A stretch of 54,911 nt of DNA, from the NCBI RefSeq assembly GCF_001194135.2, contig NC_068984.1, forward strand, positions 51,862,673 through 51,917,583, in the 5' to 3' direction. Below are positions 25,529 through 39,285 of the stretch, piece by piece; the stretch's first letter is position 1, and every line of letters begins with the position of its first letter. The translations under genes and the position numbers were made by a program. A model generated the notes under the pieces. It saw only the letters and a program-made list of their open reading frames with translations, was not told where the DNA came from and ran no database searches. The DNA comes from Octopus bimaculoides (Eukaryota).

Positions 25529-28036
25529 AAGATAAGCCAGAGAGAAATGTTCTACCATGAAAATTATCATTACTAGTCATTATTTTTAATTCAGACATTT
25601 ACAAAGACAATTCATTAATTACCAAGAGAAGTATATTCATAAACATATTTCATATGACACAAAGCAAATTCTCTGATTCTTGATTTCCCTAAAAAAAAGT
25701 TATCAATGCAAACACGATAGCATATTACAAACAATATCTCCCATTAGAAAATTACCATTTTCAAATCTAACAACGTGAGATATTCAGCATGTAGTAAAGA
25801 TTCCCTTGTTTGAAAATATAAGGGCACAGATCGTGTCATATAGCCAGCTGGAGACGATGTTCCCTGGAGCTAAATTGCAGCAACATTAGTCCTAAACCAG
25901 GACTGCCATGTTATGTTGACAAACAATCTTTACTATAATATCTCCCATGTTACAGAATCATTGCATCCCTGAAAAATCTTATCCAAATATGCAACTATGT
26001 AACATGAAATCTATTCTCCCTGTAGACTTCCATATTATGTATTGTTTCAGAAATACAGTTGGTGCCTGTTTTCTGTAGTGATTTCATTAAAAGTAACTAA
26101 TCTGATTATTCTATTGTTTCTAAAGATCTCATTCAGTTACTTTTACTTAATCATTTTACAATGCTTAATTAAATGTGTCTACATTCTGTCACTGTTTGGT
26201 CTAATGCCAAAGCATTAACAAATGTGCCTTAAAATATTCATAACTAGCTTCTGCAACTTTCACAACTTTTTTTTTTCTGCTGTTCTCATATTATAAAAAT
26301 GTTGTAAGTGCTTGCAAATATGTTTTTTTATCATCTGGAGATGCTGTGCAACGAAATTTTATGAAAATATGGCCTACTACATAAAACAAAACAGGAAACA
26401 ATTTGAATGGAAAATAACATTTGCCAATGAATCTATTTTAAGTCAAGTTAACTGATAAACACAGAACTGATAGTTGATCTCACAATGAATACTCATCAAT
26501 CAACTATTAAGAGAATTTTAACACTTTTCATAAGACAATGATAGCTGTGTGTGTGTGTGTGTGTGAATGTAGTTTCCTTTTTTTTAAAGAAACTGAAGCT
26601 TAGAGTTTGTTTTGTGACTTGAGTTTCACACTTTGTTTCACCTAAAGGTAAAACTTCAGTAACATGAAACACAAGTCATGAAATAAACTCTCAGCTTCAT
26701 TTTCAATAAAAATAACAAGTAACATTTTTGTTGATGAGGAAAATATATCTTACACATTAATTTATATTCTTTTTATCAGCTCTCTATTTATTTTTTACTT
26801 TTTCTTTGTCCTATCTCATGAAACAGAACATGACACTTCAACTGAGTCTTCTTACTACATTTAAAATATTAATTGGAGTCAGTTGTTTCTTCTAAATGTT
26901 TTTTCCCATGTCTGTCCAGCATAGGAGCAACAATAATGACCACTTGACCTGCTAGAAATACACAGCTAAATTCTACCAAATTAATAAGCTACAGCCTTAA
27001 AAAAAAGGAAGGACACATTGGACAGTGTAGTCCAAGATATGCCACCATCCGGTCATTCTGATAGCTCTTTTGTCTTCATAACGGTCAACCACACAGTAAT
27101 TTCTCTTTGTTTAACGGTCATTTTCATAGCAATTTTCAATGGCCAGATAACTGAAGAGATGGTGGCGTGGGTTTCCACCCCAGCATCCGAAACTCAGAGT
27201 TTTATCATGGCTACTGAATAATTGTCACATATTTTTACAAGATATATATATATATTATTTAAAATTTACTATATTGTATGTCCATTACAGCAAATTTTAC
27301 CAATCCATTTTGCACTGGGTATTAAGCTAGCTGTTAGATAACAGCATGGTTAAGTAATACTACATACTCGTCAGAGCTGACAGGTATGGGAACATTATAC
27401 CCACTCTATTGACAAATATACAAGTGCATATATTTCCTGAGTTATAAATGCTTAGATGACTACATGTACGGTAATACCTCACTTTACAAGGATCTGCTTT
27501 AGGAGACCCTGGGTTTATGAGTTTTATTTTATAATAAATATAAAAAGGTTAAACAGCCATTTTGTGTTTGTGGCAACATCACAACATGTGGCAATCCTGG
27601 TTCTGACATGTCTACACAGCAACAGAGTAAAATGACGACATAAAATTTCATTGCTACTATGGGAAGTTATTGCTCTGATTTACAAGTTTTCACGTTATGA
27701 GCAGTCTCTGGGAACAAATAAACTCATATATCAAGGCATTACTGTATATATAAATGTATTAGCATTTTATATCTGCTTTTTGCATGTTGGTTTGCATTAG
27801 ACGTGTCTATTTTAACACATCATCTCACAATTCTTCATCTGATAAACACAACAATAGAGAAATGCACCAACATTTGTTTTATATGTCCTTTTTACCATTA
27901 ACCACTTTGACTGGGTACATTTTATAATGCCACCAACACTAAATAACATTCCACACCTCTCATATATGTGTGTGTGTGAGAGAGAGAGAGGGAGTGTATG
28001 TGTGTGTGCATGTGTACATATATATGTATATATAAT

Positions 28037-28385
28037 GAGTGAAGGTGCATGACTCAGTGGTTAGAGTGTTGGGCTCACAATTATGAGGTAGTGAGTTTGA
28101 TTCCCAGACTGAGCTGTGTGTTGTGTTCTTGAGCAAGACACTTTATTTCATGTTGTTCCAGTTCACTCAGCTGTAGAAATGAGTTGTGATGTCACTGATG
28201 CCAAGCTGTACTAGCCTTTGTCTTTCCCTTGGAGAACATCAGTGGCACGAGGAGGGGAGGCTAGTATGCATGGGTGACAGCTGGTCTTCCATAAACAACC
28301 TTGCCTGGACTTGTGCTTTGGAGGGCAACTTCCTAGGTGCATCCCATGGCCATTCATGACTGAAGGGGGTCTTTATTCTTTTACC
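28037..28385 (+). mobile_element. tRNA-derived SINE family C (other copies ~3219-3420, 14380-14634, 21297-21555, 22630-22952)
   Basis: CTCAGTGGTTAGAG A-box, GTTTGATTCC B-box, TTGAGCAAGACACTTTATTTCATGTTG core. Confidence 0.8.
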
Positions 28386-28690
28386 CTTTATACATAATGG
28401 ATGGTTCATAGACAGTTTTAGTAATAAGGGTTCAGTTGTTTGATCAACTGAATTTCTTGCTCATGGCTGAGCTTTCCACAGACATGTGGAAATTTTCAAG
28501 TAGGATTCCTTTGGGGTTGTAGATACAATCTATCTAATGGCGCCTCTATACAGTTTCCATCGACTCAGTTTGACTCACAGGCTATGTGTTAACCTGAGTC
28601 CTTAGACAATAACATTTGCGAAAGATGCTATTGGAGGGATTGAACTTAGGATGTCGTAGTTGAAAAGTGAACTTCTTAACCATTCAAACA

Positions 28691-28798
<108 letters not shown>

Positions 28799-29061
28799 TT
28801 TCATGTAGAAATGTAAACAACAAATGTTTAAGAGAATATTTTATTTATAAAAATCTCACTATATTAATATTTATATTTTCAACCTCCAACAACTTTTTAT
28901 GTCTGAAATGTAAGACTTCAGACCTGATAGATTTTAATTTACAAATTTACATTGAGATGTTCAATGTACCTAGGATCAACTGTCCTGTTAGATATTTCTG
29001 GAAATTTCTTCGCAACTTTGATATTTTATCTTAAAAACTTCTTGAAATAAATGAAACCAAC

Positions 29062-29192
29062 AGTAACAATAAATAGTCTATTCTTACATATATGTAAAAT
29101 AATGATAAACAGTATGTTCTTATATAGAATAATGATAAATGGTATTTTCTTATACAGAATAACAATAAACAACATATCGTTACATAGAATGA
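29062..29192. repeat. 30-bp minisatellite, ~4 diverged units
   Basis: Units start at 29098, 29128 and 29158 (AATAATGATAAA..TTCTTATA(T/C)AG), plus one more upstream. Confidence 0.75.
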
Positions 29193-29371
29193 TAGGAGGC
29201 GATGGCAGGTAACTAAGACTTCTGGTGAATTGACTATATATATATATAGGCACATGGTTCTGAGTTCAATCCCACTGCGCGGCACCTTGGGCAAGTGTCC
29301 TCTACTATAGCCTTGGGCTGATCAAAGCCTTGTGGGTGGATTTGATAGATGGAAACTGAAAGAAGCCTGTC

Positions 29372-29401
<30 letters not shown>

Positions 29402-29403
<2 letters not shown>

Positions 29404-30980
29404 CCATCAGTAAGGTGGGGATTAGCAATGAGTACAGTGAAGAATTCTGGGCACAGGTAGGAGTTCACCAAAGATCCGTCCTCAGCTGCCTCTTATTCAT
29501 CATAGTCCTCCAGGCAATAACAGAAGAATTCAAGACAGGCAGCTCCTCTATGCTGATGACATTGCTCAAATAGCTATACCAGAACTATCAGAACTAGAGA
29601 AGTTTCAGGTGTAGAAGCAAGGTCTAGAATTGAAGGGCTTTAGAATCAATCTAACAAAAACCGAAGTCTTAGTAAGTAGGAAGGCAGACAAATCACAAAT
29701 CCCTTCAGGTAGATTGCCCTGCTTGATCTGTAGAAAAGGTGTAGGTAGAAACTCCATAAGATGTACCCGGTGTAAGCTATGGACACATAAGAGGTGCAGC
29801 AATATCAAAGGAAGGTTAACTGGGAAGATAGTTTTTGTGTGTGGCAGTTGGACAGGGGCAATAAACACCAAAGATGTACAGAAAACAGATTGCATCATAT
29901 TCCAGGTGGAAAAACTACAGGTAGTTGATAGCTTCCATTACCTAGGTAACTAAGTCAGTAGCAGGGGTGGATGCTCTGAGAGTGTAGCTGCTAGAATAAG
30001 AATAGCCTGAACAAAGTTCAGAGATCTCCTACCTCTGCTGGTAACAAAAGACCTCTCACTCAGAGTGAAAGGTAGACTGTATGATGCATGTGTGCGAACA
30101 GCCATACTACATGGCAGTGAAACATGGGCTGTGACTGCTGAGGACATGCATAGGCTTGAAAGAAATGAAGCTAATATGTTCTGCTGGATGTGTAATGTCA
30201 GTGTGCATACACAACAGAGTGTAAATGCTTTGAGAGAAAAATTGGACATAAGAAGGATCAGATGTGGTGTGCAAGGGAGACAACTGTGCTGGTATGGTCA
30301 GGTGTTGCGTATGGATGAGGACAGCTTTGTGAAGAAGTGTCACACCCTAACAGTGGAGGGAACCTGTGGAAGAGGGAGACCCAGGAAGACATGGGATAAG
30401 TTGATGAAGCACGACCTTCAAAACTTGGGCCTCACAGAAGCAATGACAAGTGACTAAGACCTTTGGAGATATGCTGTGCTTGAGAAGATCCGGCAGACCA
30501 AGTGAGATCGTAGCCAATGCCAGTGTTGCATAACTGGCCTGTTTAAAAGTACCCTTCAATTGTCAGGCAATATGCTGTGCTTGAGAAGACCTGTTGAGTC
30601 AAGTGAAATCGTAGTCATGGCCGATGCCAGTGCCACCTGATTGGTACCTGTGCTGGTGGCACATAAAAAGCACCAGTTGAGTGTGTCTGATGCCAGTGCA
30701 GGTGGCACATAAAAAGCACCATTTGAACGTGGTTGATGCCAGTGCTGCCTGATTGGCTCCTGTGCCAGTGGCACCTAAAAAGCACCATTCGAGTATGGTC
30801 AATGCCGGTGGCACATAAAAGGCACCCACTACACTCTCAGAGTGGTTGGCATTAGGAAGGGCATCCAGCTGTAGAAACCTTGCCAGATCAGATTGGAGCT
30901 TGGTGCAGCTTCTTGACTTGCCAATCCTCAGTCAAACCGTCCAACCCATGCCAGCATGGAAAGCAGACTTTAAACAATGA

Positions 30981-30985
<5 letters not shown>
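29402..30985 (+). mobile_element. 5'-truncated RTE-clade LINE (RT C-half, PHD-like finger, 3' UTR, (GAT)n tail), inactivated
   Basis: VGVHQRSVLS.LLF, LYADD, F.YLG, KGRLY..CVR...LHGSETW and GRGRP.KTW motifs; stops and frameshifts; repeated GGCACATAAAAAGCACC units in the UTR. Confidence 0.92.
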
Positions 30986-31066
<81 letters not shown>

Positions 31067-34000
31067 TTGTGTGTGTGTGTGTCTTTGTGTCTGTGTTTGT
31101 CCCCCAACCATTGCTTGACAACCAATGCTGTCTGTTTACATCCCTGTAACTTAGTGGTTCAGCAAAAGAAACTGACAGAATGAGTACTAGGCTTATAAAG
31201 AATAAGTCCTGGGATCGATTTCTAAGACTAAAAACTCTTTGAGGTGATGCTCCAGCATGGCTGCAGTCAAATGACAAGCAAATAATATAAATAGCAACAT
31301 TAAAAATTATATCTTCTCTTTTACTCATTTCAGTCATTGGACAGCAGCTATGCAGGGGTATTGAAAGGTTTTAATTTATTCCAGTATTTATTTTTTTTAT
31401 TTAAATCCAGAACTTATCTTATTAGTCTCTGTCACACCACTATGTTATGAGAGATAAGGCACTCGCTCATTCTCTCTCTTTTCCTCTCTGACACATACAC
31501 ATAGTAAATAAACATAGCATGTACATACCTATGTGTGTATATATGTGATAATTTAAAGTCTGTCCTTATATTAGCAGAAATGAAATAGGAAGAAAACTAA
31601 ATGAATATACCAAATTCATCATCATCATCATCATCATCAACATTTAACATCTATTTTCCATGCTGGTATGGATTGGACAGCTTGACAGGAACTGGTAAGG
31701 CCAGGGGCTGCACCAGGTTTCATAGTCTGTTTTGGCTGGGTTTCTACAGCTGGATGCTCTTCCTAACACCAATCACTCCACAGAGTGTACCAGGTGCTTT
31801 TTATGTGACCCCACAACCAGTGCTTTTTACATGGCACTAGCACCAGTGCTTTTTATGTGGCACTAGCACCAGTGCTTTTTATGTGGCACCAGTGCTTTTT
31901 ACCAAAGATATATATCTATGATATATATATATATATATATAAAACAAAATTTATTCCTTGTCAATACACTAAAAGTGTATGTATTTGAAGAAATATGTTA
32001 AAATTAAATAAAATTTTGAAGTAATGTATGTGAATATGTGTGAGTGTGGGTGTAAATATGAGTATGAATATGTATGTTAATAACCTTAGTTTTATTCTTG
32101 CCTCTCACTATCTGCCTCTCTATCTATCTACATTTATCTATTTCTGTAAATTTTCCTTTCTACTCTTCTTGATGAATAAATATAGTGATATCCTAAGTGT
32201 TGAGTGTATTATTTTTGAGACTTAGTCTTAAGACAAACACATGAATACTTAAAACACTGGATGTATATATATATTATAATATCATGAATCTATTGTATTC
32301 ATATTAATATTTATTCTTAAGGTGGCGATATGGCAGAATCGTTAGCATGTTGGGCAAAATGCTTACCAGCAGTTCGCCCGCCTTTACATTCTGAGTTCAA
32401 ATTCTGCCGAAGTCAACGTTGCCTTTCATCCTTTCGGGGTTGATAAAATAAGTACCAGTTAAGTGCTGGAGTTGATGTAATTAACTTACTCCATCCCACG
32501 AAATTGCTGACCTTGTGCCAAAATTTGAAACCAGTATTTATGCTCATGAAATGAATTTCCCATGTTGTATTAAAACAATTGTAACTACAGAATTAAAGAT
32601 AATACCATAAATTTCAGTCTTTGAGTTAATACACACATTTACACATGATAGGCTTCTGCACAGTTTCTATCAACTAATTTAATTCACAAAAATCGTCCAG
32701 CCTAAGGCAACAGTAAAAGACACTTGCCCAATACACCATGCAGTAGGACTAAACTCAAAACAGCATGGTCACACAATGAACTTCTTAAACACACAGCCGC
32801 ATCTATGTCTATACTTTTCACAGCACATAACTAAAGCCCTCAAAGCTTCTACAAATTCTATGCCTGACAATCACTGATCATTTCACATTCATGATATAAA
32901 ACCTACATTCAAAAGGATATAACAATAACTTCCATAGTACAGAAAACATATGTAAGATAATTGTATACTGATATATTTAGATGGGTGCCTTCATCTTCTT
33001 TGTTATAGTCACAATGTTTCAGTCGTTCTGATCTTCTTCTGGTGGTTGCCATCATCATTATCAATTAACATCCACTTTCCATGCTGGCATGGGTTGAATA
33101 GTTTGACAGGAGTTGGCTAGGCAGAAAACTGCACTAGGCTTCACTGTCTGTTTTGGTATGGTTTTTATGGCTGGATGCCATTCCTAACACCAACCATCTT
33201 ACAGAGTGGACAGAGTGCTTTTCATGTAGAATCACCACTGGTAAGGTCTATTTTATGGCTGGATGCCCTTCCAAACGCCAGTCACTTTAGTGTAGACTGG
33301 ATGCTTTTTATATGGCACTAGCAGTGGTGGGGTCACCATGTAACTCGCATTTAGTAATACACTTAGGATTTGGAAATGAACTCTTTACTAAAACAACTGT
33401 GGTATTGCTTTCATTTTGTTGTCCATGTGAAAGATATTCTCCTTATTACTCATTCTACTACCAGTCATTCCCATCATTGTTTTAACATTCACTTTTCCAT
33501 GGCTGCACGAGTCACACAGAATTTGTTGAGGCAGACTTTCTACAGCCTGATGTTCTTCCTGTCCAGTAACCTCATTTGTTTCCAAACAAGATAATATTTT
33601 CCATGGCCAGACATGTTTCCATTGAAAGTTGGCAGTGAACACCACCGTTTGTATGCTGGTGATGCTCAGTTACATTTACTATCAGATAACATGAAGAGAA
33701 GGAAACACGACCACTTACACACACATACTAACACATACAAATGTATATATAGCTACAGGCATGGCTGTGTGGTAAGAATTTGGTTTCTCAACCATATGAT
33801 TCCAGGTTTACTGTGTAGCATCAAATGACTGAAACAAGTTAAAAAAAAAAAAAATGCATACACACACAATGAGCTTCTTAATTTCTGTCTAGGGTCAGTC
33901 CAGGGCTGTAGTAGAAGACACTAGCCCAAGATGCTGTGCAGTGGGACTGAACTTGCAAACTACATGGTTAGGAAGCTAACTTCTCAACCACAAAGCTATG

Positions 34001-35015
34001 TTTGTGCCAGTAACCATTCCTATTCCCTATCTGTGATGCTGTTTATTTGTTAATCTTCAACCAGAGTATATAAAGCTTGACTGATTAAAGAACTGAAATA
34101 CCACCCACCAGATAAACCACTAAGTTTGACACTTAGTCATTGTTTATGTTCACTTATCCCATTGTCCTGTAATATTACTGATCCTTGTTTTTGATCTCTT
34201 GAAGAATGACAAAAGTCAAATCTGTTTGGGATTTGACTGTAGAAATATAAAGAACAAACATAACTATAATAAGAACTACTATAGTTGTGATAATTCATCT
34301 GACTAAAGGACAGAAACATTTCATGAAATGTCATAAATGACTGTGTGGTTAAGAAGTTCACTTTCTGACTAAATAGTTTCAGGTTTGATCAGAGTGCCAA
34401 ATGTCTTGGGTAAAGAATAATAAATATTAATGGGAATTAAATTCTGATTTAAAAGTTCTGCAGACCAACTCTTAAATTTCCTAATTTTAGATTCTGAACA
34501 TGAGTGTCAAAGTGAAGTTGTATTTCTGGAAATAATAGGATCTCAAATAACATAGAATTAATTAGGAAGCCTCTATGTAGTTATTTGACTTGCTAGAACT
34601 AGTGACTAAGTTGTCATCAAATCTTAACAAAATGAAGGAGATATTGGACAAACTAGCCTAAGCTTTAGATTTACAAAAAGGGAAGATGGTCCTGATTTGA
34701 ATGTGGGCTAAACAATATCCTAGAGGCCTAACTGATAATATACTCTGTTAAAATACTCTCCTTTGCTTTTGATAACCTTGTTCTGTTTATCAACAAGATT
34801 TTGAAAGCCATATTTAAATGGGGGTTGATTTCTAATTTCAGGAATTAATTGTAATTTATTTTGTTGAATAAATAAATAAAAAAATAGAAAAACATTTTAA
34901 GAGCTTTAATTTTTTTTTTTTTTCCCCCACATAAATGAAAGAAAAAATTACCAATATGTTTCATATAAAATTCTAAACATTTCCTCTGACTGAGCCAACA
35001 TCACAAATAGAATGT

Positions 35016-35125
35016 TTATTTATGTTTCAGAAATTCATCCCTGAGCCATTGAGATTCTTGATAAAATATTGGATCACCAAGTTTCAGAGCAGTTCGTTTA
35101 TAAAAGTAATAGTAAAATATTGCAC
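35016..35125 (-). CDS. TMEM138: TMEM138 coding exon 4: [35 protein letters not shown]
   Basis: [17 protein letters not shown] motif; total CDS 486 nt = 161 aa plus stop; AATAAA on - at 34855-34860. Confidence 0.96.
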
Positions 35126-35429
35126 CTATGAAAAAAAACAAAAAAAAAAAAACAAATTCTGTTACTTAAATGAAAGACTTTCACAGATATATATTAAACA
35201 TATATTCTTAAAATCATTTTAATAGCAAAAATTATTTTCAAGTAAAAAGATGGATATTATAAACATAAGTGAAATAAGCTTTCAGTTTCACCAATTTCCT
35301 CTTTAAACTTATGATTACTTAACGTAATTAGTTAATTATTTTATTCATTCATTCATTTGGAATGTGGCTATGTTGGGCACTGCCTTCATGAGTTTTAGTT
35401 GATTATGTTCCCCACATGATGCTTTAGTA

Positions 35430-36032
35430 CAGTGTTTTTCAACTATTTTTACCCTTTGATTCCTATTTTACTCCACTATCCCTCCCCACCCAACTAGCCA
35501 TTTGATGTTTAAAAAATTTGCATATTTTTATAATTAAATATCATTAGGAATTGTCATCATCATCATCATTTAATGTCCGTTTTCCATGCTGGCATGGGTT
35601 GGATGGTTTAACAGAAGCTGACCAGCTGAAAGGCTGTTCAGGCTCTATGTTTGTTTTGGTATGGTTTCTACATTTGGTGCCCCTCCTAACGCTAACACTC
35701 TACAGAGTGTACTAGGTGCTTTTATGCAGCACTGGTATGGGTGCTTTTTACTTGGCACCAGCACTTATGAGCCCACAAGATTAGGGATGCTCAGTTGGAG
35801 AGGGTTGCAAAGGACGAGCCTGGATGCAAGAGCAGCCACTCTTTACTTAGCTTGGCGTGTTTTTAAAGAACACAGCAAACCACCAGGAGTCTTGGTCCCC
35901 TGTCATCCCCTCTGTGAGTCCCAACATTTGTGGATCCTTTCTCACCACTTCATCCCACATCTTTATAAGCAATAAATTTTTAACAACAACAAAATCTTAT
36001 ATGGACCCCCAAAAGCCAGTTGAGAACCATTG
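35430..36032. mobile_element. hAT-like MITE carrying an inserted RTE 3' end
   Basis: TIRs CAGTGTTTTTCAACT / AGTTGAGAACCATTG; 8-bp TSD CTTTAGTA / CTCTAGTA. Confidence 0.75.
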
Positions 36033-36487
36033 CTCTAGTATTTGTTAATAATTGCTCTAGTGTATCAATCTCTATTGAATGGCTAAGTATTACTAAGTAT
36101 AAAGAGATCTAACGTGTATGGAATAAATGGTACAAAAGGTTTGTTGCACAGATTTTTCAGACATACTTGCTGAAAAACACACATTTACATAATAGACTTA
36201 AGCATAGCTTCTACAAAATTCCACTCACAAAGCATTGAAGGTGAGGTTATAGTAGAAGACAAATGTTGTTGGTGCCCCACATAGTGAGATCAAACCCAGA
36301 ATGAGGTGGCTGGGAAGTGAAATTAATACACAGTCATATCCATACCCATCTTGAAATAAATATTCTATCATAAAGTATGGCAAAAACTTAACTTACTAAA
36401 AACTGAAACTCCAAAATAGAATTAGTGAAATAGTAAAGTGGATGTTAATATATACAATGGAGAGAAAGTAGAATAAATTTTACTTAC

Positions 36488-36566
36488 TGCACCTCTGGAT
36501 TACATATATTACTTGAATACCACTGGTATTCCAGACATATTCGTTAACATTCTTCCAGCGTAGATT
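36488..36566 (-). CDS. TMEM138: TMEM138 coding exon 3: NLRWKNVNEYVWNTSGIQVIYVIQRC(S)
   Basis: NLRW..YVW..G..Y..QR motif; CAACAG/GTAAGT splice sites; phase 0 to 1. Confidence 0.95.
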
Positions 36567-37479
36567 CTGTTGAGACAGAAATGAAAATTAAATAAATTTG
36601 TCAAGGAGAAGACCAAACAATATTCTTTTAGGTTAAGTGGGCTTTCAGAATATTTATAAATAAATTCTTCAGCTGAAACAAAATTTACTCAAGCTATCAG
36701 TTATATGATAAAGATCTAAAAAAATTTATCTCATGGAGACATGACAACTTTAATCTTATTGAAAAGCAGCAAACTAGTCATAGTGCTTCAATAAAATGAG
36801 ATTGTCAAAGAAATACACTTATAATGCCTATAATAATGCTTATAATACATAGGTCTACTCAATCAGAGTTGATTTGAAGTTAAACAATACAACACCCTCC
36901 TGAACTGAATCTACTGGTACATCAAGACAGTTAATGAGTTGGTGTGCTGCCAGTTCTACAGTAACTAATTCTGCTGGCAAATGTGTTTGACCATTAACCC
37001 ATTTGAGACAAATAAGCAAATGACCAAAACCATCTCTTTAGGCACCCCTCAAGAAACCAAAGCCCACAATCTCCAACTCCAAAAATGGTTTACTCATAGC
37101 TGTGCAGCATCAATATAAGAGAAAAAAATGTTTATAACATCTATAGGAAGTCACCTACTACTACCAACTGGGAGGATTTCCCAGTCTGCAGCCATCTGGC
37201 TTCTTGGCAATGGTCTCTGTCAACTTAAATCCTATCTACAACCACTCAACGAAGATGATTCTATTAGCAACACTTCTATTGAAAAAAACTTCTACATTTG
37301 CTACATGCATCACACTTAACTCAATACTGTATACTCTTTACAAAACTTCTCCCAAATTCCCCTTCTTCTCTATCTGAATTTTACCTCCATCCACAATGTT
37401 ACCATGTATTAAAACTCTTCTGATACTTCCAACTCATTAAGATAGATGACTGGTTTTTTATTTTGTTTCCCTTCTCTTA

Positions 37480-38620
37480 CTCTCAGAACAGAGTGTGCTT
37501 GAGCTAGCTCATACTCTCATTAAACGTTTCAATCTCTCTCTATAGTAATTCATCTTGATCTACACAGTAGGCCTTGTCCACCAAAAGACAACATTTCTGA
37601 CTCTGCTAAATTCTAGCTTATTCCTCATATATTCTGATATGTCAAAGGTGATAGAAATAGTTGTTAACAATAACCTTCATCACTTTGAATTTCTCTCCCC
37701 ACTCAGTGAGTGCAGTATGGCTTCCACAGATCCAGATCAACTGGAAACCTGTTCTATATCACTTCCTGGTCTTCAGAACATTGGTAGAGATAAAGACAAT
37801 ATTGCTGACTGTGTTTAACAAAGGATCTTGTGAGCTATGTTACTGATCTTCCTATTCTGAACACCAACCTATTAGCCATCACTTCTAACACATTCCTATG
37901 CAGATTATACCAACCTTTATTCTTCTTTAATTTTCTAAATATAACCTTGTGCTAAACACAACACTTCCATAAACAATGTTCTAAATAGCATCTCTGAATG
38001 GCAACAAGACAAAAATAATCTCTTTCAGTAGAATAAAAGCACAATATACATATTGCAGAAACACTCTTGTACCAAATCCTTTCTGCTTAAGACCAAACAA
38101 CTAGAACTTACAAATACACTACACATGTTAGGATTCACAATCTCTGATGGTCCCTCACTGTGACATGTCAAAGATTAAGATATTTCTTCAGAGCCAAAAC
38201 ATATATTTCAGTCCAGATGAGTTTTTGATCCTCCTCAAAGCTCAATTAAAACCTGCATTAAAGTACCGTTCACATATCTGGGACAATGTTATTTAACATA
38301 CACACAAATGTCCTACATCACATCGAAAAAAGAAGACCAGTCAACTAATTGGTAAAGATTTAATCACCAAAATGCTTCAACCACTAACATAGTGTTTGTT
38401 TTTTTCTCTTTTGCCTCTTGTATTGCTACTACAAAAGTATCTACTTTTATGAACCAGCTAGTTTTAGCTGCATGACCTTCTCACCACTAGTCTGTCTTTC
38501 CATTCTAACTTTGTTACACTGTCTGACAGACCCATTTCACAGACATGAAACATTTCACATAGTCCTTCTTCCTCAGGACTGCAACTCTTTGTTGGAATTC
38601 ATTCCCTATTCACACTTCTC
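37480..38620 (+). mobile_element. Degenerate CR1/Zenon-like LINE RT fragment
   Basis: Remnants CA-ELAHTLIKRFNLSL and YFSPDEFLILLKAQLKPALKYRSHIW; many stops. Confidence 0.65.
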
Positions 38621-39113
38621 TAAAAAACACTGACCAACAAATTTGGAAAGGTATGCAGAGGTTATGACCCTTTTCCTCTAACTATATTTATACGAAAAAA
38701 ACAACAACAAAAAACAAACAAACAAGCAAACTCTGCTACAAATTTCCCAAATCTTTCTTCCCAGAACAGCTGACTGATTTATTTCCTCCCTGCAGACATT
38801 CAAGCTAATTATATTGGCTCTGCCCTTTTGACTTAGAATAAATAACAATATGAAATAATAAAGTTTATTTTATTACATTCCCTTCAAATCATTGTCAATT
38901 TCTAAACAAGACTACCAGATGTTATAAAAAATTTTCATTTAAAATGTTTTTAACTTAACCACAATTATAAATCATTCATTTTCAGAAAGCTTAACAATAT
39001 TGAGTGCTTTCAAAGCTTAATCAAGATTTTCATGTTCTTACTTTAAAATGTTATTTTATTTTGTCGAGGAAGGACTGAAAAAAAATGAAACTATTAGGAG
39101 TAAAGACACTTAC

Positions 39114-39285
39114 CATAATCCAGCAATTTAGAGCTGTACAAAGAACAAAGTACAGACATGTAACAATAATGGTTATTTTGAATTTGTTCACCATTAATCT
39201 AACTAAGCCAGCTTGAAAGATGAATGTATTGAAGAACATCAGGAACACAATGATCAACGAGGACATGATGGCAATTGATTGGATT
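39114..39285 (-). CDS. TMEM138: TMEM138 coding exon 2: IQSIAIMSSLIIVFLMFFNTFIFQAGLVRLMVNKFKITIIVTCLYFVLCTALNCWIM
   Basis: Diagnostic FLMFFNT.IFQAGLV...KFK motif; TTTCAG/GTAAGT splice sites; phase 2 to 0. Confidence 0.96.

Noticed and set aside
30590-30830. Repeat-spacer-like array resembling CRISPR
   Set aside because: The units are diverged duplicates in a LINE 3' UTR, the spacers are homologous to each other, the context is eukaryotic and there are no cas genes.
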